Shown here: piece after piece, positions 25,401 to 38,299 of the stretch
How positions within the stretch are numbered: the first letter of the stretch is position 1
How the letters are laid out: each line of letters begins with the position of its first letter
Source: Mobula hypostoma
Taxonomy: Eukaryota
Length of the DNA: 64,000 nucleotides
Assembly: GCF_963921235.1 (NCBI RefSeq)
Contig: NC_086097.1
Span: forward strand, 4,216,001-4,280,000
Reading direction: 5' to 3'
Notes under the pieces: model-generated
Databases searched by the model: none
What the model was told of the DNA's origin: nothing
What the model saw: the letters and a program-made list of their open reading frames with translations, nothing else
Program-made: the position numbers and the translations under genes

Positions 25401-26870
25401 AGACGAGGAATGTTCCTTTAGACAAACTTAAGAATCTCTGGGAACAAGACGTACAGACATCAATATCTGAGGAATCTTGGAATGAAATTCTTAAACTGGT
25501 TAATACGTCATCGCTATGTGCTCGCCATTCCTTCATACAATTTAAGGTGGTACATAGAGTCCATATGACTAAAGATAAGCTATCTTGTTTTTATTTGGAT
25601 ATATCTCCCTACTGTGACAGATACAATAATGGAGAAGCTTCATTAATTCATATAGAAACATAGAAACATAGAAAAATAGGTGCAGGAGTAGGCCATTCGG
25701 CCCTTCGAGCCTGAACCGCCATTTATTATGATCATGGCTGATCATCCAACTCAGAACCCCGCCCCAGCCTTCCCTCCATACCCCCTGACCCCCGTAGCCA
25801 CAAGGGCCATATCTAACTCCCTCTTAAATATAGCCAATGAACTGGCCTCAACAGTTTCCTGTGGCAGAGAATTCCACAGATTCACCACTCTCTGTGTGAA
25901 GAAGTTCTTCCTAATCTCGGTCCTAAAAGGCTTCCCCTCTATCCTCAAACTGTGACCCCTCGTTCTGGACTTCCCCAACATCGGGAACAATCTTCCTGCA
26001 TCTAGCCTGTCCAATCCCTTTAGGATCTTATACGTTTCAATCAGATCCCCCCTCAATCTTCTAAATTCCAACGAGTACATGCCCCCTACTCCAATCCCTC
26101 AGCCACGCATTTATCCTCCACCTCATCGCATTCCTACTCTCACTGTCGCGTGGCACAGGCAGTAATCCCGAGATTACTACCTTTGCGGTCCTTTTTCTCA
26201 ACTCCCTTCCTATGTTTTGACCTTGTCCATGCCTTGAAAAATATTGGAAGGAAGTTTTTCAAACTTTTTCTCTACTTTTCAAGGTCAATTTTAAGTCTAA
26301 TCCTCTGATGGCCCTATTCGGTATTGTGCAGGACAAGATATCAAGCTGAAGATATCTGATTTACATATTTTGGCCTTTAGCTCTCTTATCCCTAGGAAGG
26401 TGCTTTTGTTTAAATGGAAAGATGTTTCTCCTCCTACTCATGCTCAATGGTTATGCAACGTTATGTCATGCTTAGATTTAGAGAAGATTCGTTGTTCAAT
26501 TTCTGAATCTCGTCAAGACTTTCAAACATCGCGGGGATCCTTTCTGAATTATTTTCAAAACTTTCGAAACCCTCAATTCGTTGTTTAAATTTAGATGTCG
26601 GCTATTATTAATTTTTATTATAGGAGAAGGTATTTTACCTTTTTTTCTCCTTAATAAACAGTTTCGGTCTTGGTAGGGGTTAGATTCTTTTTTTTGTAAT
26701 AAATTAGTATATTTCAATATAACTTTTACTAACCTACATGAATAGGGGGAAATGAGATTGTTATTATGGATAGATATAACGTAATTGGTAGTTGTCTTTT
26801 TTGACCTTTATATATACTTTCTTGTACTCTGTATTCTTTTATGTAGAACTAATAAAAATATTGAAAAAGA
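22480..26870 (+). mobile_element. L1-type LINE ORF2 (EN C-terminus, RT, Cys-rich domain, 3' UTR), decayed, split by a CR1 at 25654-26210
   Basis: MGGDFNCWLD, YRPISLLHVDTKILSK, SLDAEKAFDWVEW, TRQGCLLSPLLF, YIDD and SPYCDR motifs; AT-rich; aataaaaatattgaaaaa end. Confidence 0.9.
25654..26210 (-). mobile_element. Young CR1 3' end fused to an ORF1 (esterase) fragment, inserted in the L1
   Basis: ORF 25751-26080 (-) is nearly identical to the 3' part of 56807-57862; 26081-26210 reads GRELRKRTAKVVISGLLPVPR on the - strand. Confidence 0.88.
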
Positions 26871-27385
26871 GACCTCAGCCTTCACCCTGCCTTTTTCAGC
26901 TGGCTCCTGGACTTCCCTGTCAGATCACCAGCAGGTGGTAAGGGAGGGCTCCCTCACCGTCCTGACTGGCTGCATCACTGCCTGGTATGGGAACTGTACT
27001 TCCCTCAGTCGTAGGACAGCTCAGCACATCTGTAGATGTGAACTTCCCACTATTCAGGACATTTACAGAGACAGATGCATCAAAATGGGCTGAAGGATCA
27101 TTGGGTACCCAAGTCACCCCAATCACAAACTGTTCCAGCTGCTACCATACGAGAAACAGTATGGCAGCGTAAAAGCCAGGACCAACAGGCTCCGGGACAG
27201 CTTCTTTCACCAGGCCATCAGACTGATTAATTCACGCTGATACAATTGTATTTCTATGCTATATTGACTCCTGTTGTATATGATATTTATTATAAATTAC
27301 TATAAATTGCCCATTGCATATTCAGACAGAGATGTAATGTAAAGATTTTTACTCTTCATATATGTGAAGAATTTAAGAATTAAGT
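26870..27385 (+). mobile_element. Rex/L2-like LINE fragment and 3' end
   Basis: LTGCITAWYGNCT...CELPTIQDIY, and ARTNRLRDSFFHQAIRL. Confidence 0.75.
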
Positions 27386-27386
27386 T

Positions 27387-27676
27387 ACTACATAATGAAC
27401 TGGTTGGGCACAGGAGTACATTCAGCCAGAGACTTATTCCACCGAGATGCAACACTGAGCGTCATAGGAAGTCATTCCTGCCTGTGGCCATCAAACTTTA
27501 CAACTCCTCCCTTGGAGGGTCAGACACCCTGAGCCAATAGGCTAGTCCTGGACTTATTTCCTGGCATAATTTACATATTACTATTTAATTATTTATGGTT
27601 TTATTACTATTTAATTAATTATGGTGCAACGAAAACCAATTTCCCTCGGGATCAATAAAGTATGACTATGACTATG
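27387..27676 (+). mobile_element. Rex1/Babar-like family A 3' end
   Basis: Near-identical to 11818-12125; tatgactatgactatg tail. Confidence 0.85.
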
Positions 27677-27774
27677 GCTAATCCTGGTCTTGGCTGAAGA
27701 AATTTCAATTGCACAGCGGAATGAATGGAGATTTGTTCGGTTGTAAATTGCAGAGTGGAGGAGAGGTAAAGAGT

Positions 27775-28120
27775 GGTGGGGTGAAAATGCATCTTTACCA
27801 GGGGAGGTGTAAGGCACTCCTTCCCTCCGCTGGCTTGCTGGTCACCCTTGGACATGGTGTAGAATCTGCTTAGCCCGCCACTCATGGTCACGAGAAGGCA
27901 TGGGAGCAGGTGGTGGATGGTCGTATGAGCATCTAGTGCATATCACAAGTCCTGGTTATGGGACCACTGATGACAGGCAGACAATCTCTGAAGAGTATTG
28001 ATAATGGTTGGGGTCACCCATCTTGTAAAGACACTGCTCAGAAGAGGGCACTGGCAAACCATCTCTGTCGAAAAATTTGCCTAGTACGATCATGGTCATG
28101 GACAGACACGAAATGAATGA
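27775..28120 (+). mobile_element. RTE-like SINE / non-autonomous element
   Basis: Contains gaagagggcactggcaaacca (BovB/RTE-like motif); an inverted sister copy lies at 54237-54635. Confidence 0.65.
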
Positions 28121-28397
28121 AGGAGAGGTTATGCCAAAATGTACGTTTTGGCAGATTTGCCACGTTGCATTTCCTGTTGCAAAATGTTACTGTTATTTAC
28201 TAAATTTCAGTAGTTGATGTAGAATTTAATAAACCAAAAAGTTACTGGAATATTTTCAGTCAATAGATATATAATTAAACAATTTGAATCCCTTGTAAGG
28301 TCTTTCTGAAGTATTTTTGGTGAGTACTCAGTTCATTTATTGCTAGATTGTAATATTCCTCAAATGGATGAAAGTTTTGTGCATTTTTTCCACTCAG

Positions 28398-28475
28398 GTC
28401 ATTAAGCTGCTAGGCTCCGGTGTTCATGTAGTTCACAAAGAACTAATTGCACTCTTGCAAGATGAATCATTAGAG
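28398..28475 (+). CDS. PPP4R4: PPP4R4 coding exon D (78 nt)
   Basis: cactcag|GTC ATT AAG ... TTA GAG|gtaagg. Encodes VIKLLGSGVHVVHKELIALLQDESLE. Too short for the ORF track. Confidence 0.94.
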
Positions 28476-29879
28476 GTAAGGTAAATAATTTATCACCAGT
28501 CTTCTTTTAGAAATTAATTCCTATTTTTGCTGAATTTTGGCTTTTAAATAAAAGTCTTCAAAATCAGCTTTCTAAGAATATCCTGTTTTCTACCGATTCT
28601 ATGAGCACCTTTTCTGATTTATAGAGTCATTAATTTGTGGCTCTCAATGCACAAACACATTTGCCACTCATTACAATTTCCATGCAATACTTAAGGATTT
28701 TTGTTTAGTGCTATAGATTTTTCGTCTGTGCCCACTTTCCTTAATTGTATTACATAATGTGAAGTTTTGTTTCATATTTAACGCAGATCAAAGGAGAAAC
28801 TAAACGTTTGTAATTTGCAATCCAGAATTTTCAAAGCGCTTTACAAACAATGTTTTTTCAAGGTATAGTCAGTATTCTGCTACAGATGCGACAGCCATGT
28901 CTGCAGGAAGCCAAGGGTCTCTGATCTATTCAGCAGAGAGCTCATCTTGCATTCACAGAGCAGGTAGAGATTTAAGGATGAGCAGTGACTGCTTTCAATT
29001 ATTCGCCCATCTAAGTCCAGAGTTAGCTCCTGTAATTGTAAGAAAGGAGTAATGGAGCATTGCAGAAAATAAACTCCAATCTGCTCATCGTGCATATGTC
29101 ACTGGTAAAAATTAAGTATTGGCTTCACCAGCAAAGATGGAGAAAATGAGGAGAGACAAGTCAAGCGTGGGCTACAGCTTATATCATAACCACAACTGCA
29201 GCACAAAACTGACTCACAATCAGGTTTAATATCACTCCCAGATGTCATGAAATTTGCTGTTTTGCAACACCACTACAGTGAAATACATAATAAAAACTAT
29301 AAATATTTTAAAAATTAAATTAGTAAGTAGTGCATGGAGACATTGTCCATTCAGAAATCTGATGGTGGAGAGGAAGAAGCTGATCCTAGAAAATGGAGCT
29401 AGTTGAATTTACAACTTTCTGCAGCATTTTCAGTGACCCCTCCATGTCAGATGGTGATGCATCTGGTTAGAATAGTTTAATAGTTATGCTAGCAGCAGAG
29501 TTTGCAGGTTATAAGCAGAGGCGAGGAAGTGATTAGGAAAGAAAAGAATGAAGAAAAAGCTGCATTTGTTCTACAAAAGCATTACACACTAATGCTCTCC
29601 ACGATTCATCTGCCGAAATTTGCAAGAGTCTTTGTTACCTGCAAAGACTGAGGTGAGAGGCCATACTCTCCCTAAAGGAAAGTGACCTGAAAGGAGCTGG
29701 GCACAGATGACCAGCACTGTACCTCCTGCCAATTCCACATGAACATTAACAGCTGGTTATGCAGCTGGCCAATGTCTACCTGTCATGCTGAATCAATTAT
29801 TGTATCCTCTTACCCTTGGCTTCCAACAGTAAATATCAGGTGAACCAGGCTTCCACTAGAATGTACAATGAAACATGAG

Positions 29880-31960
29880 TTTGCAACCAGAACTGATTGG
29901 AAATAAGGGAAGATGCTGGATCCCAAGAGAGGGGATTTGTAGAATGCCTATGAGATGGCTTTTTAGAGCAGTTTGTGGCTGAGCCCACAAGGGAAAAGGC
30001 AATTCTTGATTGGGTGTGTAATAAACCAAATTTTATTATAGAGCTTAATATAAAGGAACCCTTGGGACACAGTGATCATAATATGATATAATTCACTCTG
30101 CAGTTTGAGAGGGAGAAGATAAAGTCAAATGTATCGGTATTAGGGTGGAGTAAAGGGAATTACGGAGGCATGAGAGAGGAGCCAAAGTTGATGGGAAATG
30201 GACACTGTCACGCACGGATAATGTCCGAACAGCAATGGCTGGAGTTTCTGGGGGTAATTTGGAAGGTGCAGGATAGATACATCAAAGAGAGGCGAGAGTC
30301 ATATTAGACCACTGGAAAATGATGCTGGGGAGGTAGTATTGGGGGTCAGAGAAATGACGGACTAACCTAATAAGTATTTTGTGTTTGTTTTTCTGTGGAA
30401 TACTTTAGCAGTTTGCTAGAAATTTGAGAATGTTGGGGGCAGAAGTGAGTGTAGTTGCTATTGCAAAGGAGAAGTTGCTTGGGAAGTAACGATCTGAAGG
30501 AAGATAAGACCAGATGGACTACACCCAAGGGGTCTGAAAGAGGTAGCAGAAGAGATTACAGAAGCATTGGTAATGATCTTTCAAGAATCACTAGATTCTG
30601 GAATGGTTCAGAAGGACTGGAAAATTGCAAATGTCACTCCACTCTTTAAAAAGGGAGGGAGGCAGAGAAAGGAAATTATTGGCCAGTTAGCCTGACTTCT
30701 GTAGTTGGGAGGACGTTAGAGGCCATTATTAAGGTTGAGGTTTTGGGGTTCTTGGGGGCGCATGATAAAACAGGCCGAAGTCAACATAATTTCCTTAGGG
30801 GAAAATCTTGCCTGACAATTTATTTGAAGAGATAACAGGCAGGAGGGACAAAGGAGAGTCAGTAGATACTGTATACTTGGATTTTCAGAACGTCTTTAAC
30901 AAGGTGCCATACATGAGGTTGCTGAACATAGTAAGAGCTCATGGGATTACAGGAAAGATACTAGCATGGATAGAAGATTGGCTGATTGTCAGGAGGCAAA
31001 GTGGGAGTATTCTGGTTTGCTGCCAGTGACAAGTGGTGTTCCACAGGGACTGCTTTTCACGTTACATGTCATTGATTTGGGTGATGAACTTGATGCCTTT
31101 GTAGACAAGTTTGCAGATAATACAAAAATAGTTGGAGGGGCAAGTAGTTTTGAGGAGGCAGTGAGTCTGCAGAAGGGCTTTGACAGATGGGAGAATGGGC
31201 CAAAAAAAATGGCAGATGGAATATAGTGTTGGAATGAGTTGGTAATGAACTTTGGTAGAAGGAATAAAGGCATAGACTATTTTCTAAACTGGGAAAAAAT
31301 TTGAAGATCAGAGACGCAAAGGGGCTTGGGTGTCCTAGTGCAGGATTCCCTAAAGGTTAATTTGAAGATTGTGCCAATGGTAAGGGAGTAAAATACAATG
31401 TTAGTATTCATTTTGAAAGAGCTTGAATATTCTAGCAAGGATTTGATACTGAGATTTATGAAGCATTGCTCAGACTGCATGGCGTATTGTGAGCAGCATT
31501 GGGCTCCTTATAAAAGAAAAAATGTGCTGGTATTGGAAAGGGTTTAGAGGAGGTTCATGAGAATGATTCTGGGAATGAAAGGGTTAACATATGAAGAGTG
31601 TTTCATGGCTCTGGGTCTGTAATCACTAGAATTTAGAAGATTGAAGGGGGATCTCAAGTCCAGGATAGAGGGCACAACCACAGAATAGAGAGATGTCCAT
31701 TTAGAACAGAGAGGAATTTCTTTAACCAGGGATCAGTGAATCTCTATGAAATTCATTGCTGCAGACAGCTTTGGAGGCCAAGTCATTGAATATATTTAAA
31801 GCAGGAGCTGGTAGGTTCCTGATCAGTTAGGGCATCATAGGTTAAAGAGAGAAGGCAGCAGAATGGGTTTGAGAAGGATAATAAATCAGCCATGATGGAA
31901 CTGCAGAGCAGATTCGATGGGATGAGTAGCCTAATTCTGCTCCGATGTCTTCTGTTCTTA
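29880..31960 (+). mobile_element. Decayed CR1 ORF2 through its 3' end
   Basis: YLDFQNVFNKVP, GVPQG and KFADNTKI motifs; 3' UTR gcctaattctgctcc. Confidence 0.85.
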
Positions 31961-32578
31961 TACCAAGTCTCCTCAAATTCCTAATGAAATATAGCCACTC
32001 TTGTGTGTTCTTTGTGGAAAAAAAAGTTGCATCACAAAATTAGGCCCAGAATACGTAGATCTTCAAAGATGTTGACACCCAGGAAATTGAAGCTATTCAC
32101 CATTTCCACTGCTGATACCTTGAAGAGGACTCATTCATGTTCCCCCAACTTCCTCTTCCTGAAGTCCACAATCAACTTCTTGGTCTCTTCAAACATTTAA
32201 GTCATTTGGAGAGCAATGAAAACAAGGAATAAAGCCTAACTGATTCAATCTTTCCACATTACTCAGGTCCTCCAGACCCAGCAACATCCTTGAAATTCTC
32301 TCTGTATTCTTTCAGCCTTATTTACATCTTTTCTGTAGGTAGGTGATGAAAACTGCAAACAATATTCCAAATTAGGCTTCCACAATGTCTTATAGAACTT
32401 CAACATAGCATCCCTTCTCCTGTACTGAATATTTTGATTTATGAAGGCCAATCTGCCTAAGGCTTTCTTTACCACACCATCTACTGTCACGCCACTTTCA
32501 CTGAATTATGGAGCTCAGATCCCTTTGTTCTACTGCACTCTCAGTGCCCTACCATCCACTGTGTAAGACCTACCCTAG

Positions 32579-33371
32579 TTTCAATAGGTACATTTAATGT
32601 CAGAGAAATATATACAATATACATCCTGAAATTCTCTTACCTCGCAAATATCCACAAAAACAGAGGAGTGCCCCAAAGAATGAATGACAGTTAAATGTTA
32701 GAACCCCAAATCCCCCCGCCAGCTCCCCCCACCATGCATAAGCAGCAGCAAAGCAACAGCCCCCCTCCCCTACCAGCAAAAAGGCATCTGCACCCCCTCC
32801 ACCAAGCACTCAAGAGTGCAGCAAAACATCAATGAAGACACAGACTTGCAGTACCCCAAAGACTACTCTTTCACTCAGTATTTCACATACCACAGGCTCT
32901 CTCTCTCTCCCTAATAAGGGAAAAGGAAGTGTCCCTGTTTCACAACGTGAAGAGAGACATAACAAAACAACTCGCAGATTTATGGTGTTAAAAGTCTTTT
33001 GCGTCGCTTTTTCCGAGCTCTGTGCCCAAAGAACTCGGGTCCTTGGGCACAGAGCCAGCAGCAAGCTCGCTGCTTACGATCTTTTGTGTACTCCCATAAC
33101 ACATCAGGAGGTGGCACTGGCCTTGAATCTGCCTGCTTCCAAAGCCACAAAAATCTGGCACCCTGAAGGCGTGCTAATCTTCCAGGCCGCATCCTTGACA
33201 TATTGAAAAACAGTCAGTTGTGAGGCCCCAAGAGGTCCCATTTCTACGAAGAGTTGAAGTCAGCATCTTCAAAAGAGCCTTGAAAAGGGAAAAAAAGAGA
33301 TATCAAAAATCAAAATAGAGCTGTTAGAAATAACAAGCAAAGGAGTCACCGTTAGGCGCCATCGTCCTCCT
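32579..33371 (-). mobile_element. Non-autonomous LINE-related element with no coding core
   Basis: The - strand starts aggaggacgatggcgcc and ends caggatgtatattgtatatatttctctgacattaaatgtacctattga, similar to Rex/L2-type tails. It interrupts a CR1. Confidence 0.55.
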
Positions 33372-33892
33372 GCGTACTATGAAGTGCAATACCTCACATT
33401 TGTCTGCATTAAATTCCATCAGACATCTTTTAGTCCATTTTTTAGGCTGATCCGGATCCCACGGCAAGCCTTGATAGCCTTCCTCACTGTCCACTAAACC
33501 CCCAATCTAGGTGTAATCCATAAATTTGCTGATCCATTTATCAATATGATCATCCAAATTGTAGATATAAATGACAAACAACAACAGACCCAGCACCAGT
33601 CCCTGCAGCACTCCACTAGTCACAGGCCTCCAGTCAGAAGCGACTATCTACTGTCACCCTCTGGCTTCTCCCACAAAGCCCAAGTGTAATCCAGTTTGCT
33701 ACCTCATCTTGAATGCCAAGTAACTGAACCTTCCCATGTGGGATCTCGACACATGCCTTGCTAAAGTCCATATAGACAACATCTACTGCCTTGCCTTCAT
33801 TAACTTTCCTCGAAAAACGCCATGGTAGACATGACCTACCATGCATGAAGCCATGCTGACTATATTTAATCAGTCCATGTCTATTCAAATAG

Positions 33893-34778
33893 TCATATTT
33901 GATGAGTTTGAGTACAGAGAGGAAATTAAGAACCTGGTGGCATGGTGCGAAGACAATAACCTATCCCTCAATGTCAGCAAGAGGAAGGAATTGGTTGTTG
34001 ACTTCAGAAGGAGTAGCAGACTGCACAACCCCATTTACATCGGTGGTGCGCAAGTGGAACAGATCAAAAGCTTTAAGTTCCTCGGGGTCAATATCACAAA
34101 TGACCTGACTTGGTCCAACCAAGCAGAGTCCACTGCCAAGAAGGCCCAACAGTGCCTTTACTTCCTGAGGAAACTAAAGAAATTTGGCCTGTCCCCTAAA
34201 ACCCTCACTAATTTTTATAGATGCACCATAGAAAGCATTCTTCTAGGGTGCATCACAACCTGGTATGGAAGTTGTCCTGTCCAAGACCGAAAGAAGCTGC
34301 AGAAGATCGTGAACACAGCCCAGCGCATCACACAAATCAATCTTCCGTCCTTGGACTCACTTTACACCGCATGCTATCGCAGCAGTGCTGCCAGGATAAT
34401 CAAGGACACGACCCACCCCGCCAACACATTTTTCGTCCCTCTTCCCTCTGGGAGAAGGCTCAGGAGCTTGAAGACTCGTATGGCCAGATTTGGGAACAGT
34501 TTCTTTCCAACTGTGATAAGACTGCTGAACGGATCCTGTCCTGTTTCTGGGCCGTACCCTCCAAATATCCGGACCTGCCTCTTGGTTTTTTGCACTACCT
34601 TACTTTCCCTTTTCTATTTTCTATTTATGATTTATAATTTAAATTTTTAATATTTACTACAGATTTGTACTCCAGGGAGCACAAAGCACAGAATCAAATA
34701 TCGCTGTGATGATTGTACGTCCTAGTATCAATTGTTTGGCGACAATAAAGTATAAAGTATAAATTATATAAATTATAA
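33893..34778 (+). mobile_element. Rex1/Babar/L2-like LINE 3' part, family B, young
   Basis: ORF 33841-34650 WCEDNNLSLNVSKRKELVVDFRR...FKFLGVNI...LPSGRRLRSL; aataaagtataaagtata tail. Confidence 0.85.
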
Positions 34779-35145
34779 ATTGAAAAGAGTGTGCTGTCTA
34801 AGTTACACGCCATCTTGGTCAATGTCTCCCATCCACTACATAATGTACTGGGTGGGCACAGGAGTACATTCAGCCAGAGACTCATTCCACCGAGATGCAG
34901 CACAGAGCGTCATAGGAAGTCATTCCTGCCTGTGGCCATCAAACTTTACAACTCCTCCCTTGGAGGGTCAGACACCCTGAGCCGATAGGCTGGTTCTGGA
35001 CTTATTTCATAATTTACTGGCATAATTTACATATTACTATTTAACTATTTATGGTTTTATTACTATTTATTATTTATGGTGCAACTGTAACGAAAACCAA
35101 TTTCCCCCGGGATCAATAAAGTATGACTATGACTATGACTATGAC
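34779..35145 (+). mobile_element. Rex1/Babar-like family A 3' end
   Basis: LSKLHAILVNVSHPLH...; (GACTAT)n tail. Confidence 0.85.
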
Positions 35146-35959
35146 TTATATATCCAGTCCCTTAGAATCCCTTCCAATAACTTTCCCACTACTGATGTCC
35201 AGTTCACTGGCTTATAATTTCTTGGTTTATTTTTTGAGCCTTTCTTAAACAGCGGAACAACATCGGCTATTCTCCGATCTTCTGGTACCTCACCTGTCAC
35301 TCAGGATGATTTAAGTATCTATGCTAGGGTCCCGGCATTTTCTGCTCTTGCCTTTTGCAGGGTCTGAAGGATCATCTTGTCAGGATCTGGGGGTATATTG
35401 ACTCTAATTTGGGTGTGAAGGACAGCAAATACCTCCTCCTCTGTAATCTTTATGGGGTTCATGAAGTTGACACCGTTTTGCCTCACTTCTGCATATTCTG
35501 TGTCCTTCTCCTGAGTAAATACAGATGCAAAAAATTTCTTTAACATCTCTCCCACCACTTTTGGCTCCACACATGATTATCATTTTGATCTTCCACAGGA
35601 CTAGTTTTGTCTCTTGCAATCATTTTGCTCCTAGCAAAATTCTTTTGCTGTAGATTCCTTAGGATTCTCCTTCACCTAGTCTGCTAGGGCAACTTCATGC
35701 CTTCTTTTAGCCCTCCTGATTACTTTTTTTGCCTCAATATCGCTTGATAACCAATGTTCACTGTAATTGTTATCTTTACCTAGAAGTGTTTTATTTACAG
35801 ATTTACAAAATAGCTTACACTCGACCGTATCTTACTCGGGACCTTCAGCCTGCCATGAGCATGTGTCTGTCCCGTTCACCAACATCACTTCCAGTTCTGG
35901 GTGAACCGCTTGCATTGCGCACTGGGAACAGAAGTTCTTTATTACGTACACACATAATA

Positions 35960-36200
35960 ACATACCCAATGATCCAAAATCTTATGCCCTCCCTCCTACA
36001 TGAACTTCTTAGCCACGTGCTAAATTGTATCATTTCCCTAGTTCTGGCCTCACTAGCATGTGGCATGGGTAGCAATCCTGAGGTCACAACCCTGGAGGTT
36101 CTGCCCTTTATCTTAGCATTTAATTGCCTAAACTCACTTTGCAGAACCTTGTCACTTGTCCAGCCCATGTCATTGGTACCTAGAAAGACGACGTCTTCTG
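35960..36200 (-). mobile_element. CR1 ORF1 SGNH-esterase fragment
   Basis: ORF 35845-36168 (-) RTSRVVTSGLLPMPHASEAR...WLRSSCRREGIRF. Confidence 0.75.
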
Positions 36201-36214
36201 CGTATTGATCACTA

Positions 36215-36540
36215 TGGGGCAGCTTGGTAGCCTAGTGGCTAGTGCAACACTCTATAGCGATAGCTGTATGATCAGTTCAATTCCCATTATTGACTATAAG
36301 GAGTCTGTACATTCTCCCCATAACCATATGGGTTTCCTCCAGGTTCTCTGGTTTCCTCCCACAGTCCAATGAAGTAAAATCAGGATTAATGAGTTATGGA
36401 CAAGCTATATTGGCATTGGAAGCATGGTGACATTTGTGGGCTGCCCCTGACACAATCCTTGTGATTTGATTTGATGCAAACAGCACATTTTGCTCAATGT
36501 TGTACATGTGAAACATAAAGCTTTAATCTTTCAAATCTTT
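36215..36540 (+). mobile_element. V-type SINE
   Basis: gggtttcctccaggttctctggtttcctcccacagtcca core. Confidence 0.6.
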
Positions 36541-36696
36541 ATCTTGAAAAGTGGGCAGATTTTTTGAAAATATTTTATGTAAAGATTATTCACAAAATGC
36601 AAAACAATTCCTTATATTTTTTTAATAATTACTTTTGTTTACTTTCTGATATGGCAATGTGCTTAAGCGCATGTTTCATTCTTTTGCACAATCTAG

Positions 36697-36780
36697 GTTT
36701 TGGATGCCCTGCTAGATCACCTTCCTGAAATTCTAAGATTTATTGTTACAGGAGGAGACCATGTCGGAACAGAGAATAAG
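36697..36780 (+). CDS. PPP4R4: PPP4R4 coding exon E (84 nt)
   Basis: atctag|GTT TTG GAT ... AAT AAG|gtaaat. Encodes VLDALLDHLPEILRFIVTGGDHVGTENK. Confidence 0.94.
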
Positions 36781-36995
36781 GTAAATAAACATATATTTTC
36801 ACACTTTAGAAATATAGTTATTTGATTTCTTTGTCACTAGAATACTTTTCTGCAACCATAAGACCATAAGACATGTATTTATACAACCCATTGCATTTAT
36901 ACTATGAAGGTACATTCAGATCAACGACCAAAGTGATATTGAAGCAGGTGTCTTGAGTACATGGTCAAATGAATAGGTTTTAAGTGTATATTAGG

Positions 36996-37022
36996 TAGAT
37001 AGATAGATAGATAGCTAGATAT
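36996..37022 (+). repeat. (TAGA)n microsatellite, probably a LINE tail
   Basis: tagatagatagatagatagctagata adjacent to actttattgatcccgagggaaa. Confidence 0.7.
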
Positions 37023-37244
37023 ACTTTATTGATCCCGAGGGAAACTGGGTAAAAGGAAGAGAGACTGAGAGGTTTAACATGGGAATTATGGATTAGAGAG
37101 CCTTGAATGCTGAAAGTAGTCAGTTGTGGTAGAACAATTCAAGAGGTCAGAAATGGAGAAACCTGGATTTCTCACAGTTATAGGTAGGAGGTGTTTACTG
37201 ATAACGAGAATCATCGTAGTAATTTGGAGTTGTGAATTTGAATT

Positions 37245-37805
37245 TGACCATAAGACCATAAAACATAGAAGCAGAATTAGGCCATTAGACCCAATGAATC
37301 TGCTCCAGCATTTCATCGTGACTGATATACTATCCCTCTTACCTCCATTCTCCTGCCTTCTTCCCATAACCTCCGATGCCCTAACTAATCAAGAATCTAT
37401 CCAATTTTGCTTTAAATATACTCAAGGATTTGGCCTCCAAAGCCATCTGTGCAAATGAATTCCACAGATTTACAATGAGTACAGGCTCAAATCCATCAAA
37501 TGCTCCTCGTATGTTAAACCCTTCATTCCTGCGATCATTCTTGTGAATCTCCTTTGCACCGTCCCCAATGCCAGCACATCTTTTCTTTGTTAAGGGGCCC
37601 AAAACTGCTCACAATACCCCAAGTGTGATCTAACCAATGCCTTATAAAGCTTCAGCATTACCTCATTGTTTTTATATTCTAATCCTCTCAAGATGAATGC
37701 TAACATTGCATTTGTCTTCCTTACCCCTGGCTCTGCCTGCAAGTTAACCTTTAGGGAATCCTGTATGAGGACTTCCAAATCCCTTTGCTCTTCTGATTTC
37801 TGAAT
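37245..37805 (-). mobile_element. CR1 3' end
   Basis: ORF 37590-37778 (-) LKLYKALVRSHLGYCEQFWAP; accataagaccataa tail. Confidence 0.8.
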
Positions 37806-38299
37806 TTAGAGCCTGATTGTAGCACACATTCCAACCTTAGCAATGCAAGACATCAGTGTCTTTGCCCTCTCCTTCCCCACTCTGAACACTAGTGAACACA
37901 GCAGCAGTGAGCTTGGATACTTCTCTTTCCATTCTCCTTCCCACTCCCTGTAATACAAGATTAAAAGACTGTTAGGGCCTATGGACTTCCACAATGGCTT
38001 GCCACAAACTAAACCATTGAGTGGCATATTTCAGATTTCGAGAAAGTAATTCGCTGCACCTACCAGCCTCCCATCATGTCTGTCCTGAGATCCATTCAGC
38101 ACATCATTTTGGGTGTACTAGAATTTCCATCTGATGTGCTAAAATGAGATGAGGGTTTCAATAGCACTAGAGCTAAGGTGGGATCAGAGATGAAAGTTGT
38201 TTTGGAGGTGGGAATAGACTTTCTTAGTCATGACAGATATGTAGTTGGAGATGTGTGTCAGGATTAAGCATCATATTGGCATTGTGGATATTCTTGAAC

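Larger units (their letters stand above)
32235..35730 (-). mobile_element. Old CR1 on the - strand, split by several nested insertions
   Basis: ORFs 32263-32490, 33634-33888 and 35319-35570 (-) are CR1 RT pieces in colinear order. Confidence 0.75.
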
